NCBI GenBank assembly: GCA_046482545.1 | Contig: JAWOEX010000028.1 | Span: forward strand, 32,001 to 96,000 | Reading direction: 5' to 3' | Source of the DNA: Candidatus Thorarchaeota archaeon | Lineage (GTDB): Archaea; Asgardarchaeota; Thorarchaeia; Thorarchaeales; Thorarchaeaceae | DNA length: 64,000 bases | Shown: piece after piece, positions 56,935 to 64,000 of the stretch | Numbering within the stretch: position 1 is the stretch's first letter | Layout of the letters: every line of letters starts with the position of its first letter | Translations under genes and position numbers: made by a program | The notes under the pieces: model-generated | Database searches by the model: none | What the model was told of the DNA's origin: nothing | Seen by the model: only the letters and a program-made list of their open reading frames with translations

Positions 56935-58764
56935 TCATTGTTCAACTATACCGGCTAGGCCCAGCTTCTCAATTGTCTCCTTCGTTGGTATTCCGTTGTT
57001 GTTCCAAGCCCTGAGCTCGTAGAAACGATCAAGTGATTTCTCAAAATCTTCCTTCGAAATGAAGGATTTCATTCCCTCTCGGGGACCTTGTGTCTCAGGC
57101 TCCCATAATCGGGGAGGCAGCTTGTCATCTTTGCGGGAAATGCCTTCTCGTACGTTGAAAAGCCGACTGAGAGTGGCTACTCGATGAGCAAAGTCAAATA
57201 CTGCCGCTTCATCATATTCCAATCCCGAAGCAGCATTCAACATGTCAATTTTCTGTTCCAGTGTTATATGGAGACGGTATGTGAAATGGCACACTTCAAG
57301 CGAATCGGTAAGCACTTTTTCATCTCTCGCCTTGACCATCGATTGAACAGTCGGAACAGCAGGTTCATTGGGTGCTTCTGCAGTATCTGGCCACCCCCGC
57401 AGATGGCTCGCACCAACATCCGCAGTTGCATATGACACACCCATTCCCCTTCTTCCGCGTGGATCCCAAGCAGGAATCTCAAGGCCCTTCACATGAACGG
57501 CAATTTTCTCAGCTTCAGAACCAATCTCTTCTGCGGCTCTTTTGACGCCCTTTGCTAGAAGGTCACCTATTCCCTCGCGAGCCGCAATCATCTTAGCAAG
57601 CTTCAGTGCAGCATCGCCATCGCCAAACTCAAGGGGGAACCCAATATCATCTTCACTCAGTATTCCTTGTTCATAGGCCTCAATTGCGAACCCTATCTGA
57701 GTGCCCGTACTAATAGTATCTAGCCCAGAATCATCACAGATGTAATTTAATTTGAATACGAACTCGGGATTACTGATTCCAAGATTCCCTCCCATGAGAC
57801 CAAGTGTTTCGTATTCCACCATCGATTCCACTTCTTCTCCAGGATTGTAGGGATTCTCGGTTCTAAACGCGTGAGTACACCGCATAACACAGTGAGGACA
57901 TGAGTGGTGAGAACCTAGGCCATACTCTTCTTTCATTTTCTGGGCATCCAAGCCTTCCCAATCTTCGAAGTAGCCACTCTGCCAGTTACGTGTTGGATAC
58001 TGGCCGAGAGCATTGCTTACTTCGGGTAGGAAAGTCGTGCCATAATTCTTGAAGGCCTCTTCATGCCCCTCTTCATTCCAGTCAGAGATGAGTTCTCGAT
58101 TGATTTTACGAATGGTGTCAACATCATGAGCCTCAATTCTATTCGTACCGTACGCGACAAAGGCCTTCAGATTTTTTGAGCCCATGACAGCTCCCGTGCC
58201 GCCGCGTCCTGTTTGGTGTGCAATCTCACAACAACCTGCAGCGGCTGAATTTAGATTTGCACCACTAGGACCAATAGAATAAACACAAGACCCTTGTGTG
58301 GTTTCTTCGTGAAGCTTCCTAGTAGATTCGTAGATTCCTTTGTTCCAGATATCCATAGCGTCCCGGAACTGGAGTTCGCCGTCATTCAAATACAGATACA
58401 CTGGTTCCTCAGACTTCCCATGAACACCAACGGCGTCGTACCCTGCTTTCTTCAGTTCTCGCCCTAATGCGCCTCCACAATGGCTATCAAGATACAAGCC
58501 AGTCAATGGAGATTTCGTCATTAGGGTCCATCGTCCTACATTCGGAGCCGGAAGGCCCTGTAAGGGTCCACTTAAGAAAAGAAGAACATTCGCGGCGTCC
58601 AATGGATCAATGCTTTCATCAAGTTCTCTATAAAGCAGATACGTACCTAGACCTTTTCCACCCACAAATTTCTCATATATATGAGTATCAACCTTCTCTT
58701 CTGTTATACTCCGAGAGGTTAAATCAATCCACAGCAGCTGCTTATTCCAACACTCATGCGTCAT
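56935..58764 (-). CDS. aor: Tungsten-containing aldehyde:ferredoxin oxidoreductase
   Basis: TKSPLTG, GRGGTGAVMGSKNLKA, CPHCVMRC, EYET, D.SGLDTIS and VKGLEIPAWDPR motifs. Confidence 0.92.
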   Translation of the reverse strand: MTHECWNKQLLWIDLTSRSITEEKVDTHIYEKFVGGKGLGTYLLYRELDESIDPLDAANVLLFLSGPLQGLPAPNVGRWTLMTKSPLTGLYLDSHCGGALGRELKKAGYDAVGVHGKSEEPVYLYLNDGELQFRDAMDIWNKGIYESTRKLHEETTQGSCVYSIGPSGANLNSAAAGCCEIAHQTGRGGTGAVMGSKNLKAFVAYGTNRIEAHDVDTIRKINRELISDWNEEGHEEAFKNYGTTFLPEVSNALGQYPTRNWQSGYFEDWEGLDAQKMKEEYGLGSHHSCPHCVMRCTHAFRTENPYNPGEEVESMVEYETLGLMGGNLGISNPEFVFKLNYICDDSGLDTISTGTQIGFAIEAYEQGILSEDDIGFPLEFGDGDAALKLAKMIAAREGIGDLLAKGVKRAAEEIGSEAEKIAVHVKGLEIPAWDPRGRRGMGVSYATADVGASHLRGWPDTAEAPNEPAVPTVQSMVKARDEKVLTDSLEVCHFTYRLHITLEQKIDMLNAASGLEYDEAAVFDFAHRVATLSRLFNVREGISRKDDKLPPRLWEPETQGPREGMKSFISKEDFEKSLDRFYELRAWNNNGIPTKETIEKLGLAGIVEQ

Positions 58765-58786
58765 TGCTTGGCCTCTGTTAGGCGTT

Positions 58787-58939
58787 TTACTCTCCAGATA
58801 TCTCTATCCTCGTGATTTCTTCAATTTCAACATTCTTTAGATGTGACACCACAGCCAAGTTAACATCATGAATTACATTCCGGACAAATGCATTCATTGG
58901 AATCTTTTCGCCGTTAATATAGAGGGACATTTTTGTCAT
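58787..58939 (-). CDS. 50-aa protein resembling the MobB C-terminal domain (not in the ORF track)
   Basis: MTKMSLYINGEKIPMNAFVRNVIHDVNLAVVSHLKNVEIEEITRIEISGE*, directly upstream of aor. Confidence 0.7.
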   Translation of the reverse strand: MTKMSLYINGEKIPMNAFVRNVIHDVNLAVVSHLKNVEIEEITRIEISGE

Positions 58940-59111
58940 ACAAAATACACCAGGTTATCATCTATTCAGAGGGGTTTTTCTACATAACGGTCCCTGATGA
59001 AAAAAGGGTAACATTCAAGTAATGACCGTTAATTGGAGCTTGTTACAAGCGTACTCCGATATGCATTTATAACCCGCAGGGACGAAAACCCTTAGTGGGC
59101 GACCAACCAAA

Positions 59112-61052
59112 GTGAGGAATCTAAGAATGGAAAATATCAAATCCATAATCACTCAAGGCTCTTCTCAAGAAGAGTCCACTGAGCCAATCAGCAGGATTGC
59201 GGGTATAGGTGGTTTGCTTGGTGTCGCAGCCGCTGCTCTGGGACTATTACTAAGCGGTGGTACACCACTACTACCAATGCCAACAATGTCCGCTGCGATA
59301 TTGAAAGATAGCAGTCATTATCTACTTTCAACAGCCTTTTTGGCAATCATTGCTGTGGGACTTCTTATTCAGTTTAAAGGAATTGAAGGCCTAAGCAACA
59401 GGCTTGAAAGCGGCTATTACAATGTAATTCGATTGACGTTTCTAGCGTCTGTTGCAGCAGCAATAGTTATACTCTGGGGCGGCCTATACTGGAACAAGTC
59501 CAAAGAGGTGGTAGACTACGTAGTTCACACAGCTACAATGACGACAAGCTTTACGATTTCCTGGCAACTGCTTGCCGTTATGTACACAGATGTTTCAAGA
59601 AGCAAGTTAGGGCTTCTAACAGGTATTTTCAATGCGATGTTCATACCAGTATTGGCAATCGGGCAGGCTTTGGGTCCTATCATTGTTTATCTGGGATATG
59701 CAATACTGCTCATAGGGCAATTGCTTAACACACTCTTCTGGTGGTCACCATTAACGAGCATTAGGCAATTTGCAAGAAGCACCAGGACTGCAAAAACTGG
59801 TTTCGGAATAATGGGTGTGCTGTCAGCTGTAGTCGGACTGACAGCAGTCATGAACGGTCCTCTCAAAGAGATATCCGGGATTCAGGTTTGGTACCCCTGG
59901 AGCACCATGATTTCAGACATAATCTTTCAGACGAATCCATCTCTGATTTTTGCATTTTTGGCAGCAACACTTTCATGGGTCATGCTCGCTCCCAGATTAG
60001 GTGCTAAAGAGCTGGAGATTGCAGCGATAGGAAAGGATCTAGTTCAGACAGGACCAAAGGGCTTCTTGGCCGTTCTTATTGCACTAGGGATATTCATTGC
60101 GGGACAAGTAGGAACAAGGGTACCGCAGGTAATAGGGATTTTTCCGCAATTTCTTGCTATCATCCCAGGGGCAATCTTGATACTGATGGGTGGGCTCTAC
60201 ATCAGACATACTGACGTGGTGACCGGAGCTCCAATGGCCCTCAGCGGTTTCTTCATCATGACTCATCCTTATGTGCTGTCATGGTTGGTATTAGTCCCGT
60301 GGTTCTTCTTTATCGTTACCCAAGTACTAATCGCCATAGAATCCTATGTACGTGGCTTTACATACTTCAGTCAACCGGTACTCAATGTGATTCTAAGCGT
60401 AGTTGCCTCATCAGCATTCATCCTCGTCCTGCTAGGAGCGTTCGGAAGTGGTCCACCCGTGATATGGCCAGCAAACAGATGGTTCAACATCAATTTATTC
60501 GCTGGTGTTCCATCATATATCCAAATTTCGACAATCCTTGTCTTACCGATTTTAACACTTGTGGCAAGAAACCTTTTGCTGGGTGGTTATGCCCATGGAA
60601 GAGGATACACTGGGAGCCAGGTACTAATCGGTGCTTCATTCCTATTCTCACTACTTATTCCGATTATTGCGGCTAACTTCAATGTCTACCACATGGTGTT
60701 AACGGCCACAGCTATTATGCTGTTTCTTTATGCTATCAGTTATGCAGCTGTTCTATCACTCAATATGAATCTAGCAAATGATGTCGAAGCGGCGGGATAT
60801 GAAATGCCGGGCACGTTCATCAAGGTGGCAACAATCGTCGGCATGGTCTTTGGTGTTGTACTCATAGTTGCCGGTATGTGGGTGTTCTCGGGATTCCCAA
60901 CCAATATTTTAGTCGGGCAAGTCATAACCCTCCTAGTGACTCTGATAGTTGGATTGGAGCTTCTCTGTATCTTATCATGGCTCATTGCTGGAATCAGACT
61001 GGGTATGCTTACAAGCGGCTTCGCCATTGGAGAACAAAAAACCGCAAAATAG
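59112..61052 (+). CDS. Large polytopic membrane protein (~18 TM), unknown function
   Basis: 646-aa highly hydrophobic ORF; TATA-like TTTATAA at ~59066. Confidence 0.75.
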   Translation: MRNLRMENIKSIITQGSSQEESTEPISRIAGIGGLLGVAAAALGLLLSGGTPLLPMPTMSAAILKDSSHYLLSTAFLAIIAVGLLIQFKGIEGLSNRLESGYYNVIRLTFLASVAAAIVILWGGLYWNKSKEVVDYVVHTATMTTSFTISWQLLAVMYTDVSRSKLGLLTGIFNAMFIPVLAIGQALGPIIVYLGYAILLIGQLLNTLFWWSPLTSIRQFARSTRTAKTGFGIMGVLSAVVGLTAVMNGPLKEISGIQVWYPWSTMISDIIFQTNPSLIFAFLAATLSWVMLAPRLGAKELEIAAIGKDLVQTGPKGFLAVLIALGIFIAGQVGTRVPQVIGIFPQFLAIIPGAILILMGGLYIRHTDVVTGAPMALSGFFIMTHPYVLSWLVLVPWFFFIVTQVLIAIESYVRGFTYFSQPVLNVILSVVASSAFILVLLGAFGSGPPVIWPANRWFNINLFAGVPSYIQISTILVLPILTLVARNLLLGGYAHGRGYTGSQVLIGASFLFSLLIPIIAANFNVYHMVLTATAIMLFLYAISYAAVLSLNMNLANDVEAAGYEMPGTFIKVATIVGMVFGVVLIVAGMWVFSGFPTNILVGQVITLLVTLIVGLELLCILSWLIAGIRLGMLTSGFAIGEQKTAK

Positions 61053-61458
61053 CAGAATCGCTCACTTGAGAGGACATTGGTCCCATGAGCAATCACAATG
61101 TCTCCTAACCTCATGGGACCTCCACTTGTTTTCTTTTCGTCCGTGGCCTCTCTGAAACAACTGATATCATGGAAGCACACGTTAGCTCTCTGTATAGCCA
61201 ATCTTTATGGCATGCAAGCGTGAGAACGTGAATTTTCTGTTGTCAAAGGAGACACGCCATCTGACCAGAACTGTGGAGATGTCTGATACTGATTGAAAAC
61301 AAACGCTCACAGAGTATGGAATAAAGTTCTATCCCGTGTTGTGCATAGAGTCGACACACATGAGGAATAGATTCAGACTGAGAGATAACAGAAGATGTGT
61401 TGCTGAATCACTCAACCGGTAACCTCAAGAATCCAGCAGACTATGGCTCAGAGCACTC

Positions 61459-62784
61459 TTACGCATTCCGGATGCGCTCTTTGGCTGATCGCAAGTAGGG
61501 AGTGAACCGAATCTTTGATGGGCAGACATAGGAACAGAGACCGCAGTCTATGCATACTTCGACATGGAGCTTCTGCAGGGCCTTTATGTCACCCTCTTTC
61601 TCAGCTTCCAGAATCAGTTGTGGATAGATATCGACGGGACATACCGTGTTGCAGTAGCCACACCTGATACAAGGCAGAGAGTCGGTGTATGGGTCTGGTT
61701 CATCTTTGGTGAAGGCCGTGATTCCTGATGTTGCCTTCAGGAGGGGATATGACGAGTCGGGAATTGCTGGACCCATCATGCTTGATCCGATAACAACCCT
61801 CTCAAACTCATTCGGTGAGACTCCGACAGTCTGAAGGACCTGGTCGACTGATGTCCCCATTCGAACCCATAAATTTCTCCCACCAGTCTTCTCGGAATAC
61901 ATTGTTAGACCTCTGGTGACAAGTGATTCGCCCTCAGATATTGCTCTCATCACTGCATGGGCCGTTGCCACATTGTGTACCACGACTCCAATATCCGGTG
62001 GGAATTTCCCAGATGGACACTCTTTGTTCAAGAGTTCTTTCACCAGAAGCTTCTCGCTGCCAATTGAGTAGCTAGGGCGCATTCGTGCGATGGTAATCTC
62101 ATTCTCCCTCAGCTGTTCTTCCAACTCTGGTGTCTCGCCCTCTTTCGTCCGTGTAGCAAAAATGACTTCATCCGGCTGAAGCATCCGTGCCATCAACTGA
62201 ATGCCAAGCACTATTTCAGACGGTTTCTCCAACATTAGCCGAAAATCGCATGCAATGTTTGGGTCACTCTCTTTGGCATTAATGATAAGGCGAGATATTG
62301 ACTTCTCAGATGATAATTTCACATGAGTCGGAAAAGCAGCTCCGCCCAGACCGACGATGCCTGCGTCTCTGACCCTTTCCAAAAGCTCTTCTCTTGTCGC
62401 ATGGTTGGGGTCTATGGAACTATAATAGGGCTCCTGATCCGTACTACTCGTTTCTATTACTACGGCATTCTCTTTTCGACCCGATATGGGATGGACCATC
62501 TGTTTCAAGTCCACGACACTTCCATGGACTGGGCTGTGTACTGGGACAACTAGAGGGCCTCCGTTTTGATCATCTCCGATCTTCTGTCCGTACCTTACTT
62601 CATCGCCAATGGCTACGAGGGGCTTGGTTTCAGGTCCAATATGTTGGCGAAGGAAGACAATCATCTTTTCGGCGGGAGGTACTGGCGTGAAAGCAGAGTC
62701 TACTGCTTCCATCTTCATGGCCAAATCCATCTTGAAACCGCCTTTTTCGACAAATTCCGGTACGTGTCCCTTCTCAGCCCTCAT
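61459..62784 (-). CDS. rnfC: RnfC-like electron transport subunit
   Basis: LRQHIG, VHSPVHG, AGIVGLGGAAFPTHVKL, CIRCGYCNTVCP and CIDCGLCSYVCPS motifs. Confidence 0.9.
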   Translation of the reverse strand: MRAEKGHVPEFVEKGGFKMDLAMKMEAVDSAFTPVPPAEKMIVFLRQHIGPETKPLVAIGDEVRYGQKIGDDQNGGPLVVPVHSPVHGSVVDLKQMVHPISGRKENAVVIETSSTDQEPYYSSIDPNHATREELLERVRDAGIVGLGGAAFPTHVKLSSEKSISRLIINAKESDPNIACDFRLMLEKPSEIVLGIQLMARMLQPDEVIFATRTKEGETPELEEQLRENEITIARMRPSYSIGSEKLLVKELLNKECPSGKFPPDIGVVVHNVATAHAVMRAISEGESLVTRGLTMYSEKTGGRNLWVRMGTSVDQVLQTVGVSPNEFERVVIGSSMMGPAIPDSSYPLLKATSGITAFTKDEPDPYTDSLPCIRCGYCNTVCPVDIYPQLILEAEKEGDIKALQKLHVEVCIDCGLCSYVCPSKIRFTPYLRSAKERIRNA

Positions 62785-62786
62785 GA

Positions 62787-63833
62787 TTACTTCGCTCCAT
62801 CAGTATTTCTCAATCCATATGGTGTCTTGATTCCGACCTTATCGAGGTAAGGTGTGGCCAAGTTCAAAACCAGCAAGGCGATAATTGACCCTCCGAGGAC
62901 ATTGAGCAGTTGCAACACAAAAGTCAGCACAGCCAGAATAACGCCAAAGAGGATTTGAGAGATTTCCGGCATGGGGGTGGACTGGGGTTCGGTCGCCATA
63001 AAGAAAGTCATGAAGATAACACTCCCGGTGAACACATGGAATGCAACTCGCAAAACTGGGTCGCTTCCCACAACGAGCCCGGTGATTATAGCTAGAGCTG
63101 TCATTGTGACAAGAGTGGAGACAATGATCCGCCATTTCAACTTGAGCCAGTATGTGGAAATCGCTCCCACAATGAATACGACTAGTCCACATGCCCCGCC
63201 AATCCAGCCATGGGTTTGCCAGATTACAAGCCCCTGAGCTGCTGTAAGCTCAATGTTAAGGACTGGCAAGACCTTACCGCTGAATATCCACATTGAACTC
63301 AGAAAACCCTCTGCATTCAGAAGGTCCAACTCCAGATGATGTGGGTGAAAGAGGATCCCAGTCTCTAGAGAGTTTTCCAAGAAGAACATCAAAGACAGAA
63401 ACACAAGAAGCAGGACTTTGGAGGCTGCAGCGGGGTTGAGGTATTTTCTCTTGAAATACCTCCCTTGCCCGTATTTGAAGAGAAGCATTGTAATCAATGC
63501 CACGCCAGCCGTTACGAGGAATGGACTAGCAATGGGCATTGCTAGCCCCACAATCATTCCTGCAACCATTGGAGATGAAGGGGATTGATACGTAGGTCTT
63601 CTTCCTCTCCATTTCTCATAAAAGTAAATCACGCCGTGGACCAGAAGAACTGTACCCATCGCAACCACTATGTGAATGAGGGCGTTCAGACCCATCACAA
63701 TGATAGATGCAATCGCGATAATCGACAATGCCCCAAATGTCTTGAACATCAGTTCAGCCTTGGTGAATCCCAAGTGCATGTGCGGCGGTGCAACATCCTG
63801 ATATTCCACTGGACTCACTTTGTCATTATTCAT
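62787..63833 (-). CDS. rnfD: RnfD/NqrB-like membrane subunit lacking the FMN-Thr motif
   Basis: PPHMH, GLAMP, LNPAA, GWIGG and FFMATEPQSTP motifs. Confidence 0.85.
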   Translation of the reverse strand: MNNDKVSPVEYQDVAPPHMHLGFTKAELMFKTFGALSIIAIASIIVMGLNALIHIVVAMGTVLLVHGVIYFYEKWRGRRPTYQSPSSPMVAGMIVGLAMPIASPFLVTAGVALITMLLFKYGQGRYFKRKYLNPAAASKVLLLVFLSLMFFLENSLETGILFHPHHLELDLLNAEGFLSSMWIFSGKVLPVLNIELTAAQGLVIWQTHGWIGGACGLVVFIVGAISTYWLKLKWRIIVSTLVTMTALAIITGLVVGSDPVLRVAFHVFTGSVIFMTFFMATEPQSTPMPEISQILFGVILAVLTFVLQLLNVLGGSIIALLVLNLATPYLDKVGIKTPYGLRNTDGAK

Positions 63834-64000
63834 TTCAGCGGCACCTGGCTGTTTTTATGATAAGCAATGATAAATCTTAAAGCTTTGTGCCACTGTTTTC
63901 GCCAAGCGGCCCAGTGTTCTTGGTACATAGTATAATGATAGCACAATCTTAATGGATACTAGGTCAACCAAGATATTGGGATAGTCGCAATTGCAGGTGT

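Noticed and set aside
34655-59104. 13-bp repeat TTAGTGGGCGACC at ~34655 and ~59092
   Set aside because: Matches of this length are expected by chance in 64 kb.
61072-61120. HDV-like ribozyme
   Set aside because: GGTCCCA/TGGGACC resembles HDV P2, but the P3/L3 loop, P1.1 and P4 are missing on both strands.
1-64000. tRNA, rRNA, transposase, integrase or prophage genes
   Set aside because: No cloverleaf/T-loop, rRNA signature or mobile-element protein motif was recognised by eye; tRNAscan-SE was not run.

Overview
This is a gene-dense chromosomal segment from an Asgard archaeon, most likely Thorarchaeia. The assignment is inferred from a single-domain gelsolin, longin/roadblock proteins, LRR and Zn-finger proteins, a TackOD1-like domain, Ig-like surface proteins and TATA-type promoters. 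Metabolic genes include adenine deaminase, leuBCD-type genes, a nitroreductase, two amidohydrolases, a geranylgeranyl-reductase-like oxidoreductase, ribA, an FrhB-like protein, MTAP, a tungsten AOR and rnfDC. I saw no tRNA, rRNA, CRISPR array or transposase. The most notable unexplained elements are: (1) a ~475-nt, ~60% GC, heavily base-paired non-coding island (11687-12161) that matches no RNA class I recognise and lies directly upstream of a MoxR-AAA/vWA operon; (2) two dense clusters of a GTAAACGTT motif (31.9-32.1 kb and 34.4-34.75 kb), one bracketing an AT-rich tract in an origin- or centromere-like layout beside a small unknown basic protein; (3) an operon of two longin + winged-helix proteins (NPRL2/NPRL3-like architecture), a MinD ATPase and a GNAT, divergent from a membrane-HhH fusion; (4) a stand-alone rnfDC pair whose RnfD lacks the FMN-threonine motif; (5) an apparent pseudo-enzyme glycogen debranching protein; (6) duplicated cold-shock genes with a conserved long leader. 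All calls come from reading motifs by eye; no searches or folding programs were run.
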